DNA of 62,869 nt from Candidatus Hermodarchaeota archaeon (GTDB lineage: Archaea; Asgardarchaeota; Lokiarchaeia; Sigyniarchaeales; SOKP01), in assembly GCA_048885525.1 (NCBI GenBank), contig JBHLLP010000018.1:1-62869 (forward strand), read 5' to 3'. Position 1 is the stretch's first letter. Each line of letters begins with the position of its first letter. Both the position numbers and the translations under genes were made by a program. Of this stretch, positions 49,371-59,803 are shown one piece after another. The notes under the pieces are model-generated. The model ran no database searches. It saw only the letters and a list, made by a program, of their open reading frames with translations, and was not told the origin of the DNA.

Positions 49371-50003
49371 GTGAAATTAATGGCAATAAAAGTAGATTTT
49401 AAAAAATCAATGAAAGAATTTTATAATCCAAGTGCAAAGGAAGTAGTAATGGTTGAAGTTCCTGAAATGCAATTCTTAATGATTGATGGAATGGGATCCC
49501 CAGGAGATTCTCAAGAATATTTGAATGCACTTGCAGCGTTATATCCAGTTGCTTTTAAAACTAAGTTCTTGAGTAAAGCAAAAGGTAAAGATTATGTCGT
49601 TCCTCCCTTAGAAGGTCTTTGGTGGTCGGATAACATGGAAGATTTTACAAAAGGAAATAGAGACAAATGGAAATGGACAATGATGATAATGCAACCAGAT
49701 TGGATAAATCACGATATAATTAATAAGGCAATTGAAAACACATTAGAAAAAAACCCAGAGCTTAAGAATATCATTTCAAAACTTCGTCTTGAAAAATATA
49801 AAGAAGGTAAAGCAGCACAGATTTTGCATTTAGGGCCTTATTCAGAAGAAGGTCCTACTGTTGAAAAGGTACATAAATTTATTAAATCTCAAGGCGGAAC
49901 TTTTGATGGACACAATAAAAAACATCATGAAATCTATCTTAGTGATCCAAGGAGATCAAAACCAGAAAATATGAAGACTGTTATAAGACAACCATTCGCT
50001 TGA
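49371..50003 (+). CDS. GyrI-like small-molecule-binding domain protein
   Basis: FLMIDGMGSP, VPPLEGLWW, HLGPYSEE, HHEIYLSDPR. Confidence 0.9.
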   Translation: MKLMAIKVDFKKSMKEFYNPSAKEVVMVEVPEMQFLMIDGMGSPGDSQEYLNALAALYPVAFKTKFLSKAKGKDYVVPPLEGLWWSDNMEDFTKGNRDKWKWTMMIMQPDWINHDIINKAIENTLEKNPELKNIISKLRLEKYKEGKAAQILHLGPYSEEGPTVEKVHKFIKSQGGTFDGHNKKHHEIYLSDPRRSKPENMKTVIRQPFA

Positions 50004-50105
50004 AGTTTTAAAGATTTTCCTCTTTTTAATACAATCATAATAAATAGAGCAAAAAGGTCAAAAGATTAACTAAGTTTTTTTTATTTCTTTTATTTTAATA
50101 TTATT

Positions 50106-52694
50106 ATGTTTATTTGTATAGAGAATTTATTAGTTTCAGAAGATACAAGCAAAGAAATATATTTAATTCCCCAGCCCTATTATTTTAAAGTAGAAAGTTT
50201 ACAAAAAATGGAAATTACTCAAGAATCAATATTATATACAAATCTAGAGAAGAAATCTCTATTTATTTTAGAGCATCTTCAAAAAAAATTAAAATTGTTT
50301 GGATTAAAACATGAATTAAAGATTGAAGAAGTAAATGATATTAATAAATTCCCTAAAATTAATTCGATTTTTGAGAGAACAAAAAATAAGTTTATAGAAA
50401 AAATTTACAATAAAATAAGAAATGAACCAAATTTTTTAGAACAAGGGTATATTTTAATTTCAGATGAAATCAAGATTTATTTAGAGGCTCCAAGCAGTCA
50501 AGGGATTTTTTATGGTGTCCAAACGTTAATTCAACTTCTAAATTCAAGTCAAAATAGACTCTGCTTAAATAAATTAAGCGTATTAGATTACCCCCTTTTA
50601 AAGATAAGAGGAATATCAGACGATATTTCAAGAGGTCAAGCACCCACTATAGAAAATTTAAAGAAATTCATTAAGGAATTAAGCCATTATAAAATAAATC
50701 AGTATTATTTAGTATATATAAATGATATGTTTAAGTTTTCTCAACATCCTGAAATTGGGAAAGATCGGGGCGCTTATTCAAAAGAAGAAATTGCTGAATT
50801 AACTAGTTTTGCAAGTAAATATTTTGTCGAACTTATCCCTATATTTCAAACTATAGGTCATTGGGATAATATTTTAAATAAGCCCAAATATTGGGAATAT
50901 GGAGAATTTCCAGGGTCGAATAGCTTGAATATAGCAAATGATGATATTTACAATCTATTAGATGAGATGATAGGCGAGTTGAGTACTGTTTTTAGTTCTG
51001 AATATTTTCATATTGGAGCAGATGAAAGTGGGGATGTTGGAAAATTGGCATCGAAAACTTTAGTGGAAAATATTGGTATTGACCAAGCTTATCTTAATCA
51101 TTATAAAAAAGTCTATGATATAGTAAAAAAACATGGGTATAAGAAAGTGATAATTTATCATGACATTCTTTATAAATATAAAGATGTCCTTGAGGGGTTA
51201 CCAAAAGATATGATAATAATGTATTGGAAATATAATACCCAGAAAAATCATCCAATTTTAAAGAAAATTAAAAATTTTGGTTTTCCATTAATTGTTAGTC
51301 CATCTATTATGGATTATAATCGAATTTTTCCTTCTTTTGATAAATATGAAAAAAATATTATGAATTTAATTAAATTTGGTTATGAAAATGGAGCAATTGG
51401 AGAAATTACATCAAGTTGGGGTGACTATCGGAATAAAGAAATTCGAGAAAATCGATTTTATGGGTTTGCTTTTTCTGCTATGATTGGATGGAATCCAGAA
51501 AAAGAACCTAATTTATTATTATTTTGGAAAAGCTTTTTTAAACATTTTTTTGGGATTATTGATACTAAATTAATTCATATTTTTAGCACTTTTCGTTCAA
51601 TTCAAGATAGGGGTTTGTTATTAGTACGTCCCACTGCATATTACAACCACTTTTTTGCTCATCCTTATTCCAATAATACAGTGAGACACAAAAAAAATAT
51701 AAAAACTTCTAAATTTGATAAGTTAATATCTGATTTAGAAGAAATTGTAAAGATCTGTGAAGATTTAGAGGATATTGTTATTAGGAATAAATTAAATATG
51801 AGAAATCTAGCATTTATAGCAAAAAACATGATATTCTTCTGTAAAAAAAGATTGAATTCAAAATCATTAGTGGAAATTAGTTTTACTAGGGAAGATTACA
51901 TAAATCAAAAAATTAAAGAGATAAAAAGCTTGATATCCGAATTAAAATCTCTATTAGAAGAATATGAAATATTATGGTCAGAAAGTGCGAAAAAAGAAGG
52001 TTTGAAATCAATTAAAATGCTATACTTATGGCTAATAAAGTTTTATAATGAAAAAATTGAACAATTGCAAAACAATATAAATTGGATAAATCCTAATATC
52101 CCAAGTGAGCTAATATATTTAGATAATAAAGCATTACATACAGTTCATATGACTTATTATAAAAATTTAATAAAGATTGACGGAATAATAGAAAGCGCAT
52201 ATTTACAAGTAATTGCTGGCACTTATGCGAAAGTTTTCCTAAATAATTCATATATAGGGCATACCATTACAAGACATTCACTTAATTTTGTTGTTTTAGA
52301 AAAAAACATTCAATTATTTGATATAAAAGAATATCTTAATCAAGGAGATAATGAAATAAGGATAGAAAATGCTGATTTCATCGGAGGAATTAGTCCTATA
52401 AGTATTTATGGTGAAATTAAACTGGTTAATAAAGAAAGAATTGAAGTAAAAACAGATAAAACATGGTTAGCTACAAGATTATTGAATGAGAATTGGAAGC
52501 CAGTAAAAAGTTTTGGCAGACCTCCTAGAGTTACTGGAGGATTATATTATCCTGATTTCCAAAATTCTCTGCATTCAAAAGAAAATGATTATCTAGCTTT
52601 CTTTAATACATTAGTGAGCAAAAAATCAAGAAAATCATTTTGGATATTAAAATTGGTGTTTAAACTTTTTTATAGGTTTAGCTTTTTGGAATGA
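50106..52694 (+). CDS. Glycoside hydrolase family 20 (beta-N-acetylhexosaminidase)
   Basis: LIPQP, DYP...[18 protein letters not shown] catalytic pair. Confidence 0.9.
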   Translation: MFICIENLLVSEDTSKEIYLIPQPYYFKVESLQKMEITQESILYTNLEKKSLFILEHLQKKLKLFGLKHELKIEEVNDINKFPKINSIFERTKNKFIEKIYNKIRNEPNFLEQGYILISDEIKIYLEAPSSQGIFYGVQTLIQLLNSSQNRLCLNKLSVLDYPLLKIRGISDDISRGQAPTIENLKKFIKELSHYKINQYYLVYINDMFKFSQHPEIGKDRGAYSKEEIAELTSFASKYFVELIPIFQTIGHWDNILNKPKYWEYGEFPGSNSLNIANDDIYNLLDEMIGELSTVFSSEYFHIGADESGDVGKLASKTLVENIGIDQAYLNHYKKVYDIVKKHGYKKVIIYHDILYKYKDVLEGLPKDMIIMYWKYNTQKNHPILKKIKNFGFPLIVSPSIMDYNRIFPSFDKYEKNIMNLIKFGYENGAIGEITSSWGDYRNKEIRENRFYGFAFSAMIGWNPEKEPNLLLFWKSFFKHFFGIIDTKLIHIFSTFRSIQDRGLLLVRPTAYYNHFFAHPYSNNTVRHKKNIKTSKFDKLISDLEEIVKICEDLEDIVIRNKLNMRNLAFIAKNMIFFCKKRLNSKSLVEISFTREDYINQKIKEIKSLISELKSLLEEYEILWSESAKKEGLKSIKMLYLWLIKFYNEKIEQLQNNINWINPNIPSELIYLDNKALHTVHMTYYKNLIKIDGIIESAYLQVIAGTYAKVFLNNSYIGHTITRHSLNFVVLEKNIQLFDIKEYLNQGDNEIRIENADFIGGISPISIYGEIKLVNKERIEVKTDKTWLATRLLNENWKPVKSFGRPPRVTGGLYYPDFQNSLHSKENDYLAFFNTLVSKKSRKSFWILKLVFKLFYRFSFLE

Positions 52695-52787
52695 ATAAGT
52701 AAGTTTTCTCTTTGATTATAACATGAAAATTTAAATAATCTGTCTTAATAGTATTTTTAATTAAAGTATGATTTATGAGGATAAAAA

Positions 52788-53339
52788 ATGATTAATGAAG
52801 AACAAGAAGGAACTAAAAAAATTAACGTTAAAGACTGGATTACGCTAAGTACTGTAATGATTGGAGCAGTTCTGACGATTCTTGCTTTAATATGGCAGAT
52901 TCCACCCCCGAATGGAATAGTTACTTCAACATTTTTACTGATGGTATCATTTATATTTATGATTAATTCTGTATCTGCTAATTCTAAAGCTCAATTTGAA
53001 GCAAATTTAGGTAATGTTTCTGAAGAACGCATTAACCGCTTTGTTACTTTTGCTGAATATTCATTTGGAATCGGCTTCACCCTAATAATAACAGGATTTA
53101 CAATACTGGGTTATGAGTATTTATTAAATTATAATGGCCGTGAATTAGTTACATTATTGCTTCCAATTACTTTTCTAGTCACTGCTTGGGTAATTATCTT
53201 TATATATAACTTAATAAATTACTTCGGTAAACCACTAGGTGCTTTAAGAAGTTTAAAACGTAATCTATGGATATTATTAGAACTAATTTGTTTGGTAATA
53301 ATAATTATGGACTTTTTTCAGATACTCTTAATTCCCTAA
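52788..53339 (+). CDS. Hypothetical membrane protein (about 5 TM)
   Basis: Hydrophobic segments; no family recognised. Confidence 0.75.
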   Translation: MINEEQEGTKKINVKDWITLSTVMIGAVLTILALIWQIPPPNGIVTSTFLLMVSFIFMINSVSANSKAQFEANLGNVSEERINRFVTFAEYSFGIGFTLIITGFTILGYEYLLNYNGRELVTLLLPITFLVTAWVIIFIYNLINYFGKPLGALRSLKRNLWILLELICLVIIIMDFFQILLIP

Positions 53340-53356
53340 ACTTATTTTTATTTAAA

Positions 53357-55765
53357 TCAAATAAAGCAAGAGAGATCTTTTTGAAGCAGTTTTTTATTAT
53401 AATCTAACGTCAATAATTTTTCAAGCTCAGGGAATTCAAAAGGGAAGATATTTTCAAAAGCTCTTTTAAGAAGTTCAACATATTTTTTTCGATCGTATTC
53501 ATGCTTTTTCTCATCATATAAATCTGAAAGGATAACTTTTTTTTCAGGGAAATTTGGATCTGCATCAGCGTTAAGGATAATGTATCTTACATTCTTTCCA
53601 GCCGATGCAATGACACCTGATCGTTCTAATTGCTTAGCTGCAACTGCTTGATATGAATTTACCTTATATTGAGAAGGTTTGCGAGATATTTTTTGACGAA
53701 TTGTAAGTTCATCTTTTGATAGTTTTCCAGAGTATGTTCTTTCAACATATTCATAAAGTATTTTCTTCGCTTTAGGAATTCTTTCCATGAAATCATCAAC
53801 GGTTTTTGCAACTTTAAATGTATCTATAAAGGCATATTGAGCATCTTTTACTATTTTTGGCATATCTCTTCGTCTCACTTCAATACCTCTCACCTTCACT
53901 TCACCATTACTTTTTATCCCCCAATAATGGCTGAGTGCGGGAACATCAGATTCTGCTTTTGAAGGTAAAAAAACGATAGTATTGAATCGACCATCCCAAC
54001 TCATAGGAATACCAGTACTGTCCGAAATTTCCGCAGCTATTCCTCTTGTCAATTTTTCAAATTCTTCTGGAGATCTTCCTTTTGTATCTTGGAGCCACAT
54101 TGAATCGACAATTCCATGGACCACTTTACAATCATATTTTTTTGCAATCTCAGCGGATCTCAGAAGGAATTCACGGGCAAAAGCACAAACTGTTTGATGA
54201 GCCTCAATTTTGCCAAAACGGGCATTCTTAAATCCTAAATATCCAAAACTAACAACAAGTACCCATTTTAATGCAATGTCTGTGAATTTATACCGAAGAT
54301 CATCATGCGTCTTGTTATATTCTTTGCACTCTAAACGCTTTCTTAATGGTAAGCTAATTGATTTTGATATAATTCCTTGTCTCTTTGTACATATATGGAA
54401 ATTTGTACCAGGTACTTTAATTCCAGTACTATCATCTTTGCAGCATTGACAGTTGATGGTTTCCGAAGAGATGTTGAAATTTGCCATCAAAGAGGGATAC
54501 ATTGAAGAAAAATCTAACTCTACAACTTGATCAAAGACTCCGATTAATGGTTCAAATATGTGTCCTCCTCGATCGTTTGTGATTAAGTCTATGCCACTTC
54601 GAAAACCCTCTGGACTCTTCTTGAAAGGCGGGATAAGATGATCTAATTTATATGCATTATAATATTGTATCGATTGCAAAGCACCTCCGATTGTTACTCT
54701 ACATAATCTTTGCATAGGAACTCGAGACACTCTTGCAACTTCAATAACTCCAGGAATATTTCCCTCACTAAAATGTAAACTACCATAAGTTGTAGTGTCT
54801 AAATGAAAACGCCCCGTAAAGTAGACTTGTGTTTTGGAACGTCGCATTATGATTCCGTAAGACATATAGTGATCTGAGTTTCCTGATAAATTAAAAATGC
54901 AATTTCTAAGTGGTGTTCTAGTGCGAGAAAAATAGAGATCCTTTGATACGCGATTCACTGATGCTCGAGCAGCTAAGTAAGGAAATATAAATTCATCTCC
55001 TCCATGTGTAAGTATAATATCGGGATCTAGTTGCTCAATCACCTTACTGATTGTCGAAATGGTTTCAGCTTCATCAGCTTTATCAATTAAAATCTTTCTT
55101 TTTCTCTGCCCATCTGCTCTAGGAATATTGGCTTTTTCATCTTTTTCGACAATGCTCACTTCTGCATACAATAGAGGGTCATTATAATATGATCTCATTC
55201 CGCGCTGCTGTACTTTAATATCTAACCACACAGCTTTTAGAGGGGGTAACTCATAAAACAGTTCTTCGTTGTCATCATTTAACTCAAACGATATCAAACG
55301 CATTACATTTGTACTAGTTCTTCTCATATTTTCAATTTTGACCCTAAAATTACAAAGAGACATCGGAAACAGGTCATTTACATATAGATACATCTGAGAG
55401 ATAGGAAGATCCGTATTGTACAATGTGAAAAAGCCAATTTCATCTATTTCCTTAATTGTTTTCTTAAACACGGAGGGTTTTACAACGGAAACTCCAAATA
55501 TTTTTGTCTTTTCATGGTCTTCTAGCTTCACATATTTTTCACAGATTCTTACTGCTTTTATATTATGATGGGATTTGAGAATCTGTTTCAATCTCCTGAA
55601 ATCTTTGCCAACATGTCGCTTTGGTACAGCAAAAAACTCGGGGTGGAAATCATGGAATATTTTTACAATCTTTTGCTCTTCTACCGTTTTTACCCACAGA
55701 ATTACTCCGTTGCTATAAGTTGAAACATCTAAAAGCCAACCGTCAAATTGTTCTTGATAATCCAC
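53357..55765 (-). CDS. polB2: Family B DNA polymerase, PolB2 (Dpo2) group
   Basis: DFSSMYPS, KWVLVVSFGYLG, HGIVDS (PolB2-type motif C), degenerate exonuclease. Confidence 0.92.
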   Translation of the reverse strand: MDYQEQFDGWLLDVSTYSNGVILWVKTVEEQKIVKIFHDFHPEFFAVPKRHVGKDFRRLKQILKSHHNIKAVRICEKYVKLEDHEKTKIFGVSVVKPSVFKKTIKEIDEIGFFTLYNTDLPISQMYLYVNDLFPMSLCNFRVKIENMRRTSTNVMRLISFELNDDNEELFYELPPLKAVWLDIKVQQRGMRSYYNDPLLYAEVSIVEKDEKANIPRADGQRKRKILIDKADEAETISTISKVIEQLDPDIILTHGGDEFIFPYLAARASVNRVSKDLYFSRTRTPLRNCIFNLSGNSDHYMSYGIIMRRSKTQVYFTGRFHLDTTTYGSLHFSEGNIPGVIEVARVSRVPMQRLCRVTIGGALQSIQYYNAYKLDHLIPPFKKSPEGFRSGIDLITNDRGGHIFEPLIGVFDQVVELDFSSMYPSLMANFNISSETINCQCCKDDSTGIKVPGTNFHICTKRQGIISKSISLPLRKRLECKEYNKTHDDLRYKFTDIALKWVLVVSFGYLGFKNARFGKIEAHQTVCAFAREFLLRSAEIAKKYDCKVVHGIVDSMWLQDTKGRSPEEFEKLTRGIAAEISDSTGIPMSWDGRFNTIVFLPSKAESDVPALSHYWGIKSNGEVKVRGIEVRRRDMPKIVKDAQYAFIDTFKVAKTVDDFMERIPKAKKILYEYVERTYSGKLSKDELTIRQKISRKPSQYKVNSYQAVAAKQLERSGVIASAGKNVRYIILNADADPNFPEKKVILSDLYDEKKHEYDRKKYVELLKRAFENIFPFEFPELEKLLTLDYNKKLLQKDLSCFI

Positions 55766-55767
55766 TT

Positions 55768-56040
55768 CTAGCCTTTCCTTTTTATCATTTCTCCTAATTC
55801 TTTTACTCTTTCTTCGAGCACTTCAATTCTTTTTTCTTGTTCAACTGCAAAGGAGATGAATAATATTTCAGATAGCAGTGGACGTGCACTCATGCTACCA
55901 GCATCAGCGTGTATTCGAGCAAAATTCATCAATTTATCAAATATCTTCTGATCGTGAGGACGTAGTGCTCTTTTGAAGTCTTTCCAACTTTCAATTTCAT
56001 GCTCCAATGCAGGCCTAAATGAAGGTACAGTCCTACCCAT
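55768..56040 (-). CDS. Small alpha-helical PolB2-associated protein (arCOG07300-like)
   Basis: MGRTVPSFR...W..F.RAL...D...FD.L pattern; ends 2 nt before the polB2 start. Confidence 0.85.
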   Translation of the reverse strand: MGRTVPSFRPALEHEIESWKDFKRALRPHDQKIFDKLMNFARIHADAGSMSARPLLSEILFISFAVEQEKRIEVLEERVKELGEMIKRKG

Positions 56041-56051
56041 TATTCACATCC

Positions 56052-56130
56052 GATTCTATTAGAATCCCAGAAAGTAAGTATTTCGGGACATTAAAAGGAG
56101 AATACATTGCAAATTTTCTAATTTCTGGGA
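56052..56130. promoter_or_regulatory. Inverted repeats upstream of the PolB2 operon
   Basis: GATTCTA-T-TAGAATC (56052-56066); TCCCAGAAA (56065-56073) versus TTTCGGGA (56081-56088) and TTTCTGGGA (56122-56130). Confidence 0.45.
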
Positions 56131-56220
56131 GGAACATTCTCTGTAGTTTCATTCATTTTAAATAAATATAATCCTTAATTATTATTTCTAGTAAAAGAAC
56201 TTACTATAAAGAGCATATTT

Positions 56221-57192
56221 ATGAGTTATAAAATAATAGATTCTCTTTCTTATGTGCCTACTGAGGAAGTATTTATAGATCTTTTGGTATCTCTACCTCC
56301 GCAAATGGCACGATATCTTAAAGATGTTTTTGGACCAAGAGTAGCTCCCCTCTTAGGTATTACATCAGAAGAACTCTATAAAATGAAATTAACTCTTAGT
56401 ACATTTGAATTAAAGGAGGCAATTAAACCATTTTTGCCTAAAATAAGGAAACTAACAATGTCAGTTGAAGAATTTGTCGAACAACTTAATAAAATGGGAG
56501 TAGAAAAAGCAGTGATTTTTAATTTAGACGAAGAAACTTCCAGTGGTATCGCTGGACTTCCAAATGATTATTATGCTGGGATTGTAAGACAATTTCCTGA
56601 CAAATTCATAGGGTTTGCTGGTATTGATCCTTCAAAGAAAAAGAAGGCAATTCAAGAAATTAAGAGATCATACGAGATAGGTCTTAGAGGGATAACAATT
56701 CGACCTTTCATGTTTCAACTACGTCCAACTGATAAAAAAATGTATCCAATTTACTCAACTTGTGTAGAATTAGATATTCCTATATGGTTTCACATATCTA
56801 TAAATTACTCCACTAATTCAATGGAAGTAGAACGTCCAATTTATCTTGATATCGTCGCTCAAGACTTTCCCGAATTAAAGATAATTGCAGGCCATGGAGG
56901 ATGGCCTTGGGTAAATGAAATGGTCGCTGTTGCCTGGCGTAATCCTAATATTTATATTGATATCGCTTCTTACTTACCTAAGTATATAGGTATGAAAGGG
57001 ACAGGTTGGGAACCTCTAATGCACTTTGGAAATTCAGTTCTACAAGATAAGATTCTTTTTGGCTCCACTTGGCTATTTATGGGATTGTCAATAAAACAAC
57101 TTGCCAATGAAGTTATGAAATTACCCTTAAAGGAAAAAGTAAAAGAAAAGTGGCTTTATCATAATGCTGCTCGACTTTTTAGTGTGAAATAG
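56221..57192 (+). CDS. Amidohydrolase_2 family protein
   Basis: PDKFIGFAGIDP, FPELKIIAGHGGWPW, KILFGS. Confidence 0.88.
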   Translation: MSYKIIDSLSYVPTEEVFIDLLVSLPPQMARYLKDVFGPRVAPLLGITSEELYKMKLTLSTFELKEAIKPFLPKIRKLTMSVEEFVEQLNKMGVEKAVIFNLDEETSSGIAGLPNDYYAGIVRQFPDKFIGFAGIDPSKKKKAIQEIKRSYEIGLRGITIRPFMFQLRPTDKKMYPIYSTCVELDIPIWFHISINYSTNSMEVERPIYLDIVAQDFPELKIIAGHGGWPWVNEMVAVAWRNPNIYIDIASYLPKYIGMKGTGWEPLMHFGNSVLQDKILFGSTWLFMGLSIKQLANEVMKLPLKEKVKEKWLYHNAARLFSVK

Positions 57193-57206
57193 CATAAATG
57201 ATTGTT

Positions 57207-57347
57207 TTAATTTTCTTGTTCATTGCATTCTGGACACTTTATTTCATCATAATCTTCTATATCGCTACGCCATACATATAATTTACCATAACCTTCACAT
57301 AATTTACATATCTTCACATCTCCTTTCGGATACACAAAATAACTCAC
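57207..57347 (-). CDS. 46-aa zinc-finger microprotein (CxxCxGxG...CPxC)
   Basis: GGAGGT RBS then GTG: MSYFVYPKGDVKICKLCEGYGKLYVWRSDIEDYDEIKCPECNEQEN. Confidence 0.75.
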   Translation of the reverse strand: MSYFVYPKGDVKICKLCEGYGKLYVWRSDIEDYDEIKCPECNEQEN

Positions 57348-57371
57348 TTTTCGATTACCTCCGGGGATTAA

Positions 57372-58574
57372 TTATGCTAATAAAAATATTCCTAATGTCA
57401 TAAGGGCTCCACTAACTAAAGGAACTGTAAAATTATCATTTAGTCTAAATGAGACTAACTCTGTCAATGGGGCTGTAATACCTCCGATAATGAGAATTAA
57501 TAATGAAAAATGTAAAGTAAGGTAAAATAAGAATCCACAGATGAGTACAGAGCCAATGTACGCAAGAGTACCCTCAAAAGTTTTATTAAATAATTTATTT
57601 CGACCAAAAGCTAACCCGAAGATTTTACTGAAAATGTCGCCGAAAATTAGAAAGGTTAATGCTAAAATTGCTATGTTTTTATCAAATAGAATAATAGTAA
57701 TAAAGGCTGCTAACAAAAATAGTGTCATGGAAGATAATTTTTTCGACTCACTTTTCCTAAATAGCGATTTCACTTTTATAGTAAGTAATTTATTAGTTTG
57801 CTTACTTAAAAATCTAAATATATCAAGTCCAAAGAAACAAATAAATATAATACCTATAATGGTAAGAGTCAATAATTTTGAGTAAATCAAATAAAAAAAA
57901 ATAAAAATGAAAGCGAAAGGTCTGAGAGCAACTCGCCACCAATGAGTTTTGAAATTCTTATCACGAACCTTAATTACTTTATCAGTTATAATCCCAAAAA
58001 TAGCTGCTAACGTGATATACCCTATAACTATGTAGAAAAAATAAGAGTAAGCATTATGAGAATATAATAAAGAAGCAGAATAACCTAGCAATGGTAAAAT
58101 AATTATTCGGATAATTTTACCATTTTTTGAAATATAAGCAAAAATTATTATCAAAATACCCAAGAATAACATTACATATAAGATATCTATGCTGATGAAT
58201 ATATATTGGAGTAAATAAAAAAGTAATATTCCTGTGGCACAAGCTACACCTCTACCACCTCTAAAACCTAGATAAAGTGGAAAAACATGTCCAATAACAG
58301 TTGCCAATCCACTTAATTGTGCGCAAATAAAATTAGCTCCTATAATTTGAGCAATAAAAATTGAAAAAACACCTTTTAAAGTATCAATAATCGCTGTTGG
58401 AATAGCATAAGAAGCTCCTAAAGTATGATATACATTTGTAGTACCAGCATTACCCGACCCTTGGATTCTTATATCTATATGTTTCAATTTACCGAAAATG
58501 TAAGCTGGAGAGATTGATCCTATTAAGTATCCAATTAATATACTTAAAAGGTTTATTACAAATCCTACAATCAC
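57372..58574 (-). CDS. Fusion: PlsY-like glycerol-3-phosphate acyltransferase + dolichol/phytol kinase-like (CTP-dependent) domain
   Basis: N-half YLIGSI, GSGNAGTTN, DTLKG, GHVFP...FRGGRG; C-half GDIFSKIFG..FG, KTFEG, NDNFTVP. Confidence 0.85.
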   Translation of the reverse strand: MIVGFVINLLSILIGYLIGSISPAYIFGKLKHIDIRIQGSGNAGTTNVYHTLGASYAIPTAIIDTLKGVFSIFIAQIIGANFICAQLSGLATVIGHVFPLYLGFRGGRGVACATGILLFYLLQYIFISIDILYVMLFLGILIIIFAYISKNGKIIRIIILPLLGYSASLLYSHNAYSYFFYIVIGYITLAAIFGIITDKVIKVRDKNFKTHWWRVALRPFAFIFIFFYLIYSKLLTLTIIGIIFICFFGLDIFRFLSKQTNKLLTIKVKSLFRKSESKKLSSMTLFLLAAFITIILFDKNIAILALTFLIFGDIFSKIFGLAFGRNKLFNKTFEGTLAYIGSVLICGFLFYLTLHFSLLILIIGGITAPLTELVSFRLNDNFTVPLVSGALMTLGIFLLA

Positions 58575-58807
58575 TATGACCCTCCTTTTCTTATAGTAAT
58601 TAATTTTAATAATTTATATTTTTTTCATGAAGTTTGAAATTTGAAAACTCCATCAATATCTTATAAATCTACCTATTTAAATGTTTTCATACTTTTTGAA
58701 ATTTAGGAAGATATCTTTTTATTTTTTTTACTCCAAAATTAAAAAAAATTATTATAATTTCCAAATTTAATATGTTAATACCATAAAACTAAGGATAGTA
58801 TTTTTTT

Positions 58808-59227
58808 ATGAATGAAGATTTAAAGAAATGGCACGCTCCATGTGGAATTTATTGTATGAGATGTTCTGGTGTAGAGTCTTATGGATGCAAAGGATGTCGA
58901 GACCAAAATGGTCAAATTCTTAAATTTCCTGTCTGCAAGACTTATAAATGTGTTACAAGCAAAGGATATGATTTTTGCTATGAATGTATAGATTTCCCCT
59001 GCGAAATGCTACAACCTATTGTTAATTTTGAAATATTTAAACCTCATAATTCTAAAGTATATAATTTAATTATGATACAAAAATTAGGATTAGAAGAATG
59101 GAATAAAATCTGTTATGAGAAAACTACTTTATATTATCGAGGAAAAAAAGTTCAATATGGAGGTGATAAATTAACCTTAGGAGATAAAGACCCAAATATC
59201 TATAAAAAGAAGAAAAAAGTAGATTAG
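58808..59227 (+). CDS. DUF3795 family Cys-rich protein
   Basis: APCGIYCMRC, CKGC, C...C, FCYECIDFPC. Confidence 0.85.
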   Translation: MNEDLKKWHAPCGIYCMRCSGVESYGCKGCRDQNGQILKFPVCKTYKCVTSKGYDFCYECIDFPCEMLQPIVNFEIFKPHNSKVYNLIMIQKLGLEEWNKICYEKTTLYYRGKKVQYGGDKLTLGDKDPNIYKKKKKVD

Positions 59228-59324
59228 AATTATCTAGTTTGATTCAATAACTACAAAACCTTTTGAAATATCTAATTGATAATCATCATAGAAGAAATAA
59301 AGCAAATTAAAAATATCTTGAAAA

Positions 59325-59630
59325 CTAAAGATTCTCTTCTTTCTTTTCTGGTTTCTTCTCCGCTTTCTTTTCTGCTTTCTTCTCTGCTTTCTCAGCTTTG
59401 TGAACTTCTTTTCTAGTTATATCAGCTTCCTTCTCTGCTTTCTTAGCTATCATCTTAGTTTCTTTTTGTTGACTTAATTTTACTTTTTCATATTTTTCAT
59501 AATCTTCTTTTGTTGCCTTCATCAAAGCCTTTGCCCCACAATTTTCACAATATTCTGTATCTGTATGCGTAAATTCACCACATTCACTACAAATAAACTT
59601 ATATGTCTTTTTAAACAATTTCATGTCCAA
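59325..59630 (-). CDS. Zinc-ribbon protein with Lys/Ala/Glu-rich repetitive tail
   Basis: CSECG...CENCG followed by KAEK repeats. Confidence 0.75.
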   Translation of the reverse strand: MDMKLFKKTYKFICSECGEFTHTDTEYCENCGAKALMKATKEDYEKYEKVKLSQQKETKMIAKKAEKEADITRKEVHKAEKAEKKAEKKAEKKPEKKEENL

Positions 59631-59803
59631 TATTATTCACATCTGTAAAAATTCTTTTTTTTTATTAGCTAATACTGACTATTATTTTACATTATTTAAA
59701 TTCTATTCACCTTTATGTATTAAAATTTCTAAAGTTTAATACATGCATAGTTGCTTGTCTTAATAAATTGAAATTACCCAAAAAAAAAGAGATGAAATAA
59801 AAC

